64,000 bases of DNA from a candidate division FCPU426 bacterium (GTDB lineage Bacteria > Oederibacteriota > Muellerivitia > Muellerivitales > Muellerivitaceae): contig CAVTWJ010000013.1 in assembly GCA_963738405.1 (NCBI GenBank), positions 1-64,000 on the forward strand, given 5' to 3'. Of the stretch, positions 30,281 through 39,819 are shown piece by piece. The position numbers and the translations under genes are program-made. How positions within the stretch are numbered: position 1 is the stretch's first letter; every line of letters begins with the position of its first letter. The notes beneath the pieces were generated by a model. That model ran no database searches and was not told the DNA's origin. It saw nothing but the letters and a program-made list of their open reading frames with translations.

Positions 30281-31615
30281 ATGAAAAACTCATACTTGTG
30301 GATGATCTTGGGGATTTGTTTTTTTGCGGCAGGCTGCGGAAAACCCCCTGAGGATTCGGGCAAGACACTGATTAAGGTGGCGACATGGGATAATCCGCGC
30401 ATGATGTCGATTTTGGAAGGACTCGCCAAGGATTACGAAAAAATGAATCCGAACCTGGTCGTACGGATCAGGCAAATTCCCTATGGAGAATATTTGGACC
30501 GCTTGACGGCTTCCCAACCCGCCTCCTTGCTTCCGGATGTTCTGCTTGTTTCAACGGGCCAAGCCGCTGAACTTTATTCTCGTGGAATGTTAGAAAACCT
30601 AAAAAACGTCGAACCCTATCAGGGAGGGAAAACTCCATCGGGGTATGATCCCAATCTGGCGAAGGCTTTTTCATTTAAAGGACAACTTTACGCTATGCCC
30701 CGGGATTTGGCTCCCGTATGCCTTGTTTATTACAACAAATCCCTGTTTGACGCCGCCCATTTGGCCTATCCAAAGGATGATTGGGATTGGAACAAGTTTC
30801 TTGAATCGGCCCGCGCCCTTACCCGCTCCACCGACGCGAAGAATCAAAAACAAGTTTGGGGATATGTTGAGGACTGGGCCATGGCCGAACCCTGGGTCTA
30901 TAGTTCCGGGTGCCGATGGGTGAAGGATGAAATGAATCCGATCCGTTACACGATAAAGGATACTGCTTTTTTACCGGGGATCCGATTTAGGGAGGCTTTG
31001 ATCCACAAAGAAAAAGTAATGCCTTCGCCGCAGGACATGGTGAATGAAGGGCAGATCGGCGGCGCGGACCTCTTTCTTCAAGGCCAGGCGGGAATGCTTT
31101 TGTCGGGCCCTTGGAAAGCGGTGGAATTCAACGACCATCCCCATTTGAAATGGGGAGTGGCGGTTTTCCCGAAGGGCAAGGGGGGCTTGGCTTTTCAAGT
31201 TGGAGGATCGGGGTGGGGCCTGTTAGCTGTTTCAGAGCATTCTCGTGAGGCTTTGGATTTGCTTCGCTTCCTATCCAGCCAGGACGCGCAGGAACGATAC
31301 ACAAAGGCGGGTCTGGCTTTGCCTGCCCTGGCTGAGGTTGAAAAAGGGTTGGGCGGATTCAAAAACCCGGCCTTGACGGAGGCCGCCCAAGCAATGAAGC
31401 GGGGCAAGGGAATTGAGGATCCGAGAGCCTGCAATTGGCCTGATGTAAGAGACAACCATATCAATCCGATTTTGGAAAGGGTTTGGACCGGGGAATGGAC
31501 GCCGGAAAAGGCAGTGGAAAACCTAGAACAAGACTTGAAGGCGAACCCGCTGAACATGAATCCGCCCCAACGAAAGCCACCCGCGCAAAACAAGCCCCAA
31601 ATGTTCCTCTTTTAA
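30281..31615 (+). CDS. Sugar ABC transporter substrate-binding lipoprotein
   Basis: Lipobox AAGC; PDV, GQLYAMP, VYYNKSLFD and F.QGQAGM...GPW motifs. Confidence 0.9.
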   Translation: MKNSYLWMILGICFFAAGCGKPPEDSGKTLIKVATWDNPRMMSILEGLAKDYEKMNPNLVVRIRQIPYGEYLDRLTASQPASLLPDVLLVSTGQAAELYSRGMLENLKNVEPYQGGKTPSGYDPNLAKAFSFKGQLYAMPRDLAPVCLVYYNKSLFDAAHLAYPKDDWDWNKFLESARALTRSTDAKNQKQVWGYVEDWAMAEPWVYSSGCRWVKDEMNPIRYTIKDTAFLPGIRFREALIHKEKVMPSPQDMVNEGQIGGADLFLQGQAGMLLSGPWKAVEFNDHPHLKWGVAVFPKGKGGLAFQVGGSGWGLLAVSEHSREALDLLRFLSSQDAQERYTKAGLALPALAEVEKGLGGFKNPALTEAAQAMKRGKGIEDPRACNWPDVRDNHINPILERVWTGEWTPEKAVENLEQDLKANPLNMNPPQRKPPAQNKPQMFLF

Positions 31616-31618
31616 GCC

Positions 31619-33949
31619 CTATTGAACCAGCAAAACCTTTTTGATTTTTCGATCAAAGGGTTCAATCAGGTAGAGGATATAGACGCCGCTGGCGCATTTG
31701 TTGTTGGCATAGTTGGTCCCGTCCCAGTAATAAGGCTGCATAATCGGCCCTTTGAGATAGTTGGGAGAAGGCGGATTCGCGTCTTTTCCTAAATCCCTGA
31801 TAAATTCCCCCGCGGTGTTATAAATCTTGAGTGAATAGGAGCCGGGGTAATAGTTGTACCCGACATATATGGAAAGCGGGGCCGAAGGAGAAGGCACGAA
31901 GACGTTTTGATTGACGTAAAAAATATCCTGAGGAACCAAGGTGGGTGTGGGGGAGAGTGTGACGGTAGGACTTAACGTTGGCGTGAAGGTTTGGGTGGGG
32001 GTGGGGCTGTTCGTAGGAGACGAAGTCACGGTGGGGGTATTGGAAATAGTTGCGGTTGGGGATGTGGTCGGGGTCAAGGTAGGGGTGAGAGTATTGGTGA
32101 CAGTGGGTGTTGGAGTCACGGTCAGGGTGGGGGTTATTGTGGGAGTGTTGGTGTTACAGCCCGAGATGTTGGTCGTCACCGCGTTGGAAGTAACCGGTGG
32201 AGGGTTGTTGGGGGGCGAAGAGTTAATAACGGCCGCGTTGGTGATGGGGTTTCCGCAAACTCCCGACGTTCCATACCAGCTCACCGCCGAGGAAGCCCCG
32301 CAGGTGGATCCCACATTCCAGGAAACGACTCCTCCCGCCTGGGAACCGCCGTTGAATACGCCTCCATAGGTGACATTGGGGGGGACATTGTCGGTGACCA
32401 CGGGGCTGTTGGCGCCCAACACGTTGAAGATTTTTAAATTGTCAAAAGACACCGGCCCGCGGTTGGCCTGAAATCCGGCGATGCCCGCGGCGGTGGGGGC
32501 GTTAGGGCCTGTGTAGTTGATGTCCCAGGCGCCCGGCTCCAGTGTTCCCTGGGGCCAAACCTTCATCTCCACTTGGCCCGAACAAACCTGAATCTTGACC
32601 GAGTACCAAGCGTTTTTCTGTACATCCCCCATATTTGGGGGTGATTTCCAAGCGATTTGGGAATTTCCGCCATTGACGCTTTCATCGAAGGCAAGCACGT
32701 TACTGCTGGCGTTGTTCCCTCCCTTCTGGCCGGAAATGCGGGCCTGGTAAACATAGGTCACACCAGCGGCGACATTGATGTTGAAGTTAAAGACGGCATC
32801 AAAATTGTTGCAATCATCGGAGGAAACCAGCATGTCCACGGTATAAACCCCGTTCAAGATGGGCGTGGGCATGTCGCTGATGTACAAATAGGGGTAAGTA
32901 CTGAGAATGGAGCAGGGCTGGGTTTGCTGCAGGTATCCACTCGCGGCGATCCAGGTGCCGCCACTGGTCGCCCAGGTACCTGGTATCATCCCGTTGTCGA
33001 AATTTTGGAACTCCACCATGTCTAGCCCCGTGTTGGTGTAGTTGATCACGTAGGTTATGGGGCTGTTCGCGGCCACGGTGGCGGGCGCGCTTTTCAAGAT
33101 CGTTAGCCCAGGTTCGGAAACTGTTACCAAGGCGGGGTTGGACCCCGTGGAGGGAACTTCCGAACTTGATCCAAAAGCTTGATTTGATATGACCTGACCT
33201 ACGGTTCCGGAGGTAAGAGTACACAGAACCGAAACGAAACCTATTTTGGGCGTAGAAATATTGCCAAGGTTCCAGGTGATATTGTTTCCTACCTTGGTAC
33301 CGCCCTCGTAAATTTGTGACACCGCGAAATTGGCGGGGATAGAGTCAGTGATCACGAAATTGGTGATATTTCCAGCGTTGTAATTAATGGTAAAGAGCAC
33401 CATGTCGCCCACATTGGCGGATGAACCTTCCGCAACCTTATTGAGGGTGATATAGGGAGGTGGAAGTGGAACGGTAAAAGAAACGCTCGTTTGGTAATCT
33501 ATCGTGGGGTTAGGGTTCATATAAGCGCCCCCGCTCGCCCTCATCGCAACGATCACGTAATAGGTGAGGCCTGGCGTCAAGCCGGAAGGAACAGTCACCG
33601 TTGTGCTGTAGTTGGTACTAGTGGTGTTAGCGGGTCCGACATAACAGCCCCCGCCGACAGTTCCGGTCTCAGGCGCACATCCATCCCCCAATACGACCCA
33701 TTGGTTTGCGGTACCGGCGGCCTGCAGGGTGTTGGAACTGCTGATGGCGACAATGGCATCGGGGTTGGTTCCGGAAAAGCTCGGAATGGTATAGGTCCAA
33801 GAGACCGTAATATTTTGGCCGGGGGAAGGAGTCGAGGGGGAGATGGTCAAATTGGTGATCGAAGTGACGGTTTGCTGGGAGAAAGAAAAACCGCAGGTTA
33901 AAATCCAAAAACCAAGGACTTTCAAAACGTTTTTATGGATTGGGTTCAT
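31619..33949 (-). CDS. Secreted protein: Ig-like and DUF11 domains, beta-sandwich insert, T/P linker, FlgD-Ig/T9SS-like C-terminal domain
   Basis: Signal peptide; VGDMVLFTINY...ITDSIP DUF11; VSFDNLKI; tail IYNTAGEFIR...WDGTN...SGVYI...KVLLVQ. Confidence 0.75.
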   Translation of the reverse strand: MNPIHKNVLKVLGFWILTCGFSFSQQTVTSITNLTISPSTPSPGQNITVSWTYTIPSFSGTNPDAIVAISSSNTLQAAGTANQWVVLGDGCAPETGTVGGGCYVGPANTTSTNYSTTVTVPSGLTPGLTYYVIVAMRASGGAYMNPNPTIDYQTSVSFTVPLPPPYITLNKVAEGSSANVGDMVLFTINYNAGNITNFVITDSIPANFAVSQIYEGGTKVGNNITWNLGNISTPKIGFVSVLCTLTSGTVGQVISNQAFGSSSEVPSTGSNPALVTVSEPGLTILKSAPATVAANSPITYVINYTNTGLDMVEFQNFDNGMIPGTWATSGGTWIAASGYLQQTQPCSILSTYPYLYISDMPTPILNGVYTVDMLVSSDDCNNFDAVFNFNINVAAGVTYVYQARISGQKGGNNASSNVLAFDESVNGGNSQIAWKSPPNMGDVQKNAWYSVKIQVCSGQVEMKVWPQGTLEPGAWDINYTGPNAPTAAGIAGFQANRGPVSFDNLKIFNVLGANSPVVTDNVPPNVTYGGVFNGGSQAGGVVSWNVGSTCGASSAVSWYGTSGVCGNPITNAAVINSSPPNNPPPVTSNAVTTNISGCNTNTPTITPTLTVTPTPTVTNTLTPTLTPTTSPTATISNTPTVTSSPTNSPTPTQTFTPTLSPTVTLSPTPTLVPQDIFYVNQNVFVPSPSAPLSIYVGYNYYPGSYSLKIYNTAGEFIRDLGKDANPPSPNYLKGPIMQPYYWDGTNYANNKCASGVYILYLIEPFDRKIKKVLLVQ

Positions 33950-34156
33950 TTATTTCTCGTTAAACCTTAAAAGACGAATTTCTCCCCCGTTGATTAAAAG
34001 TATGCCACTCTTTGGAAAAACCTACAAGAAAAAGCAAGGAATCACCATAAATACGCTTCCATGAGGATACAAAATTCTGATTTTGGGATGGATGATAGGA
34101 AATCAAGAGAACTGATAATTGAATTTGTCCAAGCCGCCAGTGGACAATGAACATCC

Positions 34157-35005
34157 ATGAAAAGCTTTCTCCCTATGCGATTTTTTACCTCGTTTTTTTT
34201 ACTGTTCGCGGCTTCCACCCTCTTAGCTGACCCTGCCTCGGACCGAGCCGAGGCTCCGCATCTTAAAGTTCGATTGGTGTGTGGCCAAACCGCCCTCATT
34301 CCGGGTCAAACTGCCCTCGTTGGCGTCTATTTTCAAATGCAGAAGGGCTGGCATCTTTATTGGAAAAACCCGGGGGATTCGGGCCTACCGCCCTCAATCA
34401 AATGGACCCTTCCACCTGGTTTCAAGGCCGGTGATTTGAAGTGGCCCATTCCGGAACGTATCAAGATCCCCTCCCTGACCGATTTCGGCTACCTGGATCA
34501 TTTGCTTTTGATGGCGCCCGTCCATGTTCCGGCAGGACTGAAGGAAGGAATGGCAGTGACCCTGAAGGCTGAGGCCCGGTGGCTGGTTTGCAATGAGGAA
34601 TGTATTCCTGGCCAGGCGGTTTTAAACCTGTCCCTGCCGGTTCGACAAGAAGTCGGTGAGGCGGCATCCAAGGACCGAGATCTTTTTACCGAGACGAAGG
34701 CTCTTTTGGCCAACCCTCTGCCCCTGGATTGGACGTCTAAAGGGAGTGTTGACCGGGATGGAATGGTACTGCAGTTCAAAACGGGCGCCGTGAAAATTTC
34801 AAACGCTGATTTTTTTACCCTTGATCCAAACGTTTTGGATTATGAAACCGATCCGGTTTTTAAGGCGGGACCATCCTCTTTCAGCCTGAAACTTAAAAAA
34901 TCGGACCAGCTTCTCCAGATGCCTGCGGAATTGAAGGGTCTTTTGGTGGTAAATGATTCCAAGGGCCGTAAAAGCGGTTATTGGACGGACATTAAGTTGA
35001 AATAA
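34157..35005 (+). CDS. DsbD N-terminal domain protein
   Basis: GWHLYWKNPGDSG and WLVCNEECIP motifs. Confidence 0.88.
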   Translation: MKSFLPMRFFTSFFLLFAASTLLADPASDRAEAPHLKVRLVCGQTALIPGQTALVGVYFQMQKGWHLYWKNPGDSGLPPSIKWTLPPGFKAGDLKWPIPERIKIPSLTDFGYLDHLLLMAPVHVPAGLKEGMAVTLKAEARWLVCNEECIPGQAVLNLSLPVRQEVGEAASKDRDLFTETKALLANPLPLDWTSKGSVDRDGMVLQFKTGAVKISNADFFTLDPNVLDYETDPVFKAGPSSFSLKLKKSDQLLQMPAELKGLLVVNDSKGRKSGYWTDIKLK

Positions 35006-35027
35006 AAGAGAGCTAAGGAGAAGGACG

Positions 35028-35654
35028 ATGAATAAGAAGATGAGCTGGCAAGGAATGCTATTGGGCTGTTTCATACTCGTTGCGTCGCAGTCTCAGGCCG
35101 TGACGGTGGGCAGCAAGGCGCCGGATTTTACCTGTCAGGACAGCATGGGAATCACCCAGAAGCTCTCGAACTACAAAGGCAAATACGTCGTTTTGGAATG
35201 GCACAATCAGGACTGTCCCTTCGTGAAAAGCCAATACCAGGGAAAGATGGAAAAACTCCAGCAGATCTGGACGAAAAAGGGAGTGGTTTGGTTTTCCGTC
35301 ATTTCCTCGGCACCCGGAGCGGAGGGTTCCGTAACGGCCGATATGGCCAACCAGGACGTGAAGAGTCACGGGGCCTTTCCGACCGCCACCCTCATGGACC
35401 CTTCTGGAACGGTTGGACATCTCTACGGGGCCAAGACGACGCCCCATATGTTCGTCATCGATCCCAAAGGCAGGTTAATTTATAACGGTGCCATTGATAA
35501 CGCGCCCTTGGAAGATGAAATGTCCTCCCAAAACAAGGACGGTCAGCCCTATGTGAATTATGTGGACCAGGCCCTCACCCAAGCCCAGGGTGGACAAAAG
35601 GTCGCTGCCCCATCCACCGCGCCTTATGGTTGTCATGTGAAGTACAAAGACTAG
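35028..35654 (+). CDS. Periplasmic redoxin (AhpC/TSA-like thioredoxin family)
   Basis: APDF, VVLEWHNQDCPFV, YGAKTTPHMFVID and PYGC motifs. Confidence 0.9.
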   Translation: MNKKMSWQGMLLGCFILVASQSQAVTVGSKAPDFTCQDSMGITQKLSNYKGKYVVLEWHNQDCPFVKSQYQGKMEKLQQIWTKKGVVWFSVISSAPGAEGSVTADMANQDVKSHGAFPTATLMDPSGTVGHLYGAKTTPHMFVIDPKGRLIYNGAIDNAPLEDEMSSQNKDGQPYVNYVDQALTQAQGGQKVAAPSTAPYGCHVKYKD

Positions 35655-36406
35655 ATCTTCAGGAAGTTTTCAAGCCAGCGAAGAAAGGATGGGGGGGAGG
35701 GGAATCGCAGGTCCACATCCTTGTTCGGAATGCGGTCACCCACGGCGATTTTAAGGCCTTTTTTGCCCACAACTCTCATAGCCAAAAGATCCGCTCGGTC
35801 GTCTCCGGCAATAATAGGGAGATAGCCGGGATAAGCCTTGAGAATCCGTTTTACCGCCTTGGCCTTGCTAAACCCCTTGGGCAAGGCCTCGATCATTTTC
35901 TTTCCAGGGTGAATCTCCCAAGCTGTGATCGTTACCGCCTTTTTAAATCTTTTTCGATATTCCTGCCAAATAGCCCTTTCCTCCCTGGTTTTTAATCTTA
36001 AACCCCGGTAATGCAGGGCTGAGGAAAAAGGCTTCTTTTCTATATGAATACCGGGGAAGAGGCGGGGCATATCTTTTACCGCTTTCCATAATAGGAGTGC
36101 CTCCCGGCGATAACGGGATTCCTGCTGTCTCAAAGTGAATCGGATGCCGTGTGGAAGACGGTCCGCCTCGAAACCGTGGGACCCAGCGATGGAAATGTTT
36201 TTGAGGCCTGAAACTCGTCTGAGGGATGCCGCATAGCGGCCGCTGACTAGTATGACTGGGTACCTAGAAGCCAATCGACTCAGCATGGAACGGCTCTTGG
36301 GCGATAGGTTCGATTTTTCCGGATCGTGGGTAAAATCGGCAAGGGTACCGTCGTAATCCAATAAAAATAAAATTTTTGGAGCGTTCGAGGGGGGAGAATT
36401 TCTCAA
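35651..36406 (-). CDS. otsB: Trehalose-6-phosphate phosphatase (HAD)
   Basis: LDYDGTL, VSGR, GSHG, EKK...ALHYR, GKKMIE and GDDRAD motifs. Confidence 0.88.
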   Translation of the reverse strand: MRNSPPSNAPKILFLLDYDGTLADFTHDPEKSNLSPKSRSMLSRLASRYPVILVSGRYAASLRRVSGLKNISIAGSHGFEADRLPHGIRFTLRQQESRYRREALLLWKAVKDMPRLFPGIHIEKKPFSSALHYRGLRLKTREERAIWQEYRKRFKKAVTITAWEIHPGKKMIEALPKGFSKAKAVKRILKAYPGYLPIIAGDDRADLLAMRVVGKKGLKIAVGDRIPNKDVDLRFPSPPSFLRWLENFLKI

Positions 36407-37365
36407 GGAATCAGGACAATCTTTCCAAAGGCTCCGGGGGACATCACTTCCACGTGAGACTGTGAGGCTTCCGAAAGCGTGAATTCTTTTCCTACTACGG
36501 GCTTTAGGGAACTATTGGCAAGGCCGCGTCCCAGATCCTCGTGAATTTCCCGCAAATCTTCGGCTGTCGCGTTGAAAAGAGTCATCCCTAAAATACTAGC
36601 GTCCCGAGACATGGCATCCCGGGGGTTGATCTCCACGGGTCCCCGGCTTCCGATAACGACCACCCTTCCGAATTTGGAAAGATAGGTAAGGTCTTTTCCC
36701 AAATTGATATTGGCCAGCATTTCCAAGATTATTTGAACACCCTTGCCCAAGGTTATTTCCAAGAGCTTTTTTGCGAATTCCGGATCATGGTGGTTGAGAG
36801 CATGGTGGGCGCCGGAGGTTTTTACCAGTTCCAAGCCCTTTTCCGTGCCGGCGGTTCCAATGACTGTTAAGCCTGCCCTGCGTCCCAGCTGTACGGCGGC
36901 GGTTCCTACCCCTCCGCTGGCCCCGTGGACCAGAAGGGTTTCACCGGGCTTGGCCTGGGCCCTCTTGAAAAGAGACTGATGGGCGGTGCCGTAGGGAACG
37001 CCCAAGGCTGCGCCCTGGGAAAAGGTGACTTTTTCAGGTAGGGGATGGACGTTGCTTTCCATCACCAGGGCGTACTCCGCGTAGGAACCGCTGAGGGCGG
37101 CATTGAAGTAAACCCGATCGCCCATCTTGTAAAGAGAAACGCCTGTCCCCACGGCCTCCACAATGCCGGCCCCATCCGCACCGGGCGTGTAGGGAAGGGA
37201 GGGTTTAGAGGCGTAGGTGCCGGCCCGCACGTAGGCTTCCACCGGGTTGACCCCGGTGGATTTTACCCGCACGAGGATCTGTTCCTGCCCAGGTTTTAAA
37301 CCATCCGTCTCCTCGATTTTCATGACCTCGGGGCCGCCGAATTCACTAACCCGAATGGCTTTCAT
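36403..37365 (-). CDS. NADPH:quinone reductase (zeta-crystallin family)
   Basis: MKAIRV..FGGPEV, GVNPVE, HGASGGVG and GKIVL motifs. Confidence 0.92.
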   Translation of the reverse strand: MKAIRVSEFGGPEVMKIEETDGLKPGQEQILVRVKSTGVNPVEAYVRAGTYASKPSLPYTPGADGAGIVEAVGTGVSLYKMGDRVYFNAALSGSYAEYALVMESNVHPLPEKVTFSQGAALGVPYGTAHQSLFKRAQAKPGETLLVHGASGGVGTAAVQLGRRAGLTVIGTAGTEKGLELVKTSGAHHALNHHDPEFAKKLLEITLGKGVQIILEMLANINLGKDLTYLSKFGRVVVIGSRGPVEINPRDAMSRDASILGMTLFNATAEDLREIHEDLGRGLANSSLKPVVGKEFTLSEASQSHVEVMSPGAFGKIVLIP

Positions 37366-37445
37366 GCGCATTCCTTCATGCTTCGGAAATTTGGGAGTCA
37401 TGATAAGCCCTTCAAGAAGCGGGCCTCAAGGGTTGTCATGGCTTG

Positions 37446-37634
37446 TTAATTAATCCCAATTGGAAAGGTTTGAAAATAATGGTCGAAAAAGTGGGGTACT
37501 GTTCGGTTGGAACCCGGCCCAGTTTGCGCGTTCTTTCCGCCCTTCCATTCTTCCAAAAGCGCCTTGAGTTCAATAGGCGCCAGGGTTTCGAATTCTTGTT
37601 TTGTGTCCGCTTCTTGAATTTGAGTGTTTTCCAT
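37446..37634 (-). CDS. Small hypothetical protein
   Basis: ATG after GAGGGAG RBS; 62 aa; no recognisable motif. Confidence 0.4.
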   Translation of the reverse strand: MENTQIQEADTKQEFETLAPIELKALLEEWKGGKNAQTGPGSNRTVPHFFDHYFQTFPIGIN

Positions 37635-37839
37635 TTGTATCTCCCTCTTATGCGCCATATTTGACGAACAATAAGAAACTGCCCGGCAAATATCAATGAT
37701 GGCGGGAACGTCTGGGAAACATGTGGAAAATGAGACTGGGAAACGATTATAGGACTGCAACTTTTTCAAAGGGGCGTTCGTCTTATCTAACGGGAAGTAA
37801 ATGATCCCAAATAAAAAAGAAGTCACTTGGAGGACTTAA

Positions 37840-38028
37840 ATGAAAAAGTTAATGGTCGCTTTGATGGCAGTATTGTTCCTGGGCAGCACCACCTTGGTGA
37901 TGGCTCAGACTCCGGTTCCGGCTGCCGCTCCTGCCGCGAAGTCGCACAAGTCTAAGAAGCACATGAAGAAAATGAAGAAGACCGCTGCTTCCGCGCCGGC
38001 CGCTTCGACCACGCCAGTCGCGAAGTAA
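37840..38028 (+). CDS. Small secreted Lys/Ala/His-rich protein (Asr-like composition)
   Basis: GGAGG RBS, signal peptide, AKSHKSKKHMKKMKK; own terminator. Confidence 0.75.
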   Translation: MKKLMVALMAVLFLGSTTLVMAQTPVPAAAPAAKSHKSKKHMKKMKKTAASAPAASTTPVAK

Positions 38029-38075
38029 GTTCTCTTCTTGAAGTTCATGTAAACCGCCCCCTGGACGGTTTACCG

Positions 38076-38112
38076 GCCCCCGGACCCTGATGGGTTTCGG
38101 GGGCTTTTTTTT
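38076..38112 (+). terminator. Intrinsic terminator
   Basis: GCCCCCGGACCC-TGAT-GGGTTTCGGGGGC followed by a poly-T run. Confidence 0.85.
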
Positions 38113-38187
38113 AACATGATTTTCTTGGAGCTGAATCCCATGGGCCGTTAAAATGCGGGTATGCGGGAAGTTCGTATTTAATTATTT

Positions 38188-39630
38188 TTGAGGTATTCCT
38201 TGGTTCTTCCTATCCGCCTTTCGTTTTTCGCGGCCCTTCTGTTTTTATCAAATCTTGCGGTAAGCGCTTTTGCGGCGACCTCCAATGATTACTATCAAGC
38301 CGGTTTAAGCCTCTATAACCAAAAAAATTACCTCCAGGCGGTCCAATATTTCAGCGCGGCGGTTCAGTTGGATTCCAACAACGCGGCGGCATTGCAGGGT
38401 AGGGCCAATTGTTATTACGCCCAGGGAAACTATTCTGCGGCCTTAGCGGATTATCAAAAAGTCCTGGCTCAAAACCCCAACAACGCCCAGCTTTCCCAGT
38501 TTGTTCAAGCACTCCAAGCCAAGGTGGGTGCCGCTCCCACTTCCCCCGCCGCCCCGCCGCTCCCTGGCGCTAGCGCCGGTGACCCGTTCGCCCAAGGTGT
38601 CGCTCTTTATGGACAAAAGCAATACCAAACCGCCATACCCTATTTTCAGCAGGCCGCCCGTTTGGACCCCAATAATGGCAAGCCCAACTATTATCAGGGA
38701 ATCTGCGAAGTGATGACGGGAGACAATCGGGATGGCGCACTGGATTTATCCCTTTCCAACCGGAAGGAGCCTAGCCCCGGTCTTGCCAATTACGTCAATC
38801 AATTGATGGCCCGTTTATCGCCGGATGACCAGCAGTGGGTGAACGGTCAGCTGGCGGCCGCTCAGAGCGCTTCAGCGGGGTCTAAGTCTTCCGGAGCTAT
38901 GGGAATTTCCAAAAAATTCGGCATCCGGCTGGAACCCGATTTTTCTTTAATCACTATGGCGGATTTACAGGCTGAAACCGCCGCAGGGTTAGCCTACGGC
39001 AAATTCCTTCAGCAAAATAGCGACCCCAGTACCAGCTACAACGCTTCGGTACCATCCGGTTTTGTGAACATAGCCTTTGAGCCGGTTTATGAACTGGGCC
39101 CCGAACTGGAAGTGGGTCTTCCGGTCATCTATTCAAACGCAGGTTCGGCGGGTGAAACGCTCACTTCCGGCGGCGTAACCACCATTAACAGCATAACGAT
39201 TACCGCCATTTGCATTGGGCTTGACGCACGGTACTTTTTCGTTCAAGACCCCTTAAGGGTTTATGTTGGAGGCGGTCCCATGATCGCATTGGGATCGGCC
39301 AGCGTTTCTTCCACCCTCGCCAATTCCGGCGGGGCCGGCACGGGCATGGCCTTTGGAGGGGAGATTCAACTGGGCGCGGATTACAAGTTGGACCCGAGTA
39401 TTTCGATCGGCCCCTGGCTGGGTTACCGCCTCCTGACTTTCAGTTCCTTTTCCGGAACCTCCGGTGGACAAAGCGGGGAATTGTATATCGCTCAAAACCT
39501 GTCATCCGGAAGCACCAATTGGCCGATTATCACGGGGGGAGCGGCGAACCTGACTTCTCAATACTCCCGCCCCCTGCAAGTGGATCTGTCCGGATTGTTC
39601 TTCGGCCTTCAAGTGGCGGTCATGTTGTGA
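38188..39630 (+). CDS. TPR plus outer-membrane beta-barrel-like protein
   Basis: Signal peptide, two TPR blocks separated by APPLP, then OmpA/OmpW-like strands (GLDARYF, YVGGG, LGADYKL, LGYR). Confidence 0.75.
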   Translation: MRYSLVLPIRLSFFAALLFLSNLAVSAFAATSNDYYQAGLSLYNQKNYLQAVQYFSAAVQLDSNNAAALQGRANCYYAQGNYSAALADYQKVLAQNPNNAQLSQFVQALQAKVGAAPTSPAAPPLPGASAGDPFAQGVALYGQKQYQTAIPYFQQAARLDPNNGKPNYYQGICEVMTGDNRDGALDLSLSNRKEPSPGLANYVNQLMARLSPDDQQWVNGQLAAAQSASAGSKSSGAMGISKKFGIRLEPDFSLITMADLQAETAAGLAYGKFLQQNSDPSTSYNASVPSGFVNIAFEPVYELGPELEVGLPVIYSNAGSAGETLTSGGVTTINSITITAICIGLDARYFFVQDPLRVYVGGGPMIALGSASVSSTLANSGGAGTGMAFGGEIQLGADYKLDPSISIGPWLGYRLLTFSSFSGTSGGQSGELYIAQNLSSGSTNWPIITGGAANLTSQYSRPLQVDLSGLFFGLQVAVML

Positions 39631-39819
39631 TTTTTGTTTCTGATTTGCCGGCCTAAAAGCGGTTTCATTCTCGTTTTATAAAATCTTTCAAATTTCTACT
39701 CTTCAATCGTTTTCATTTAAAAAAACAAACCTGGCTATGCCAAATCTTTACTGGAGGCATGGCCGCTTATCTGTGAATCTATCTGGTCAGATCTATAATG
39801 GAAATCCATCGAATGCATA

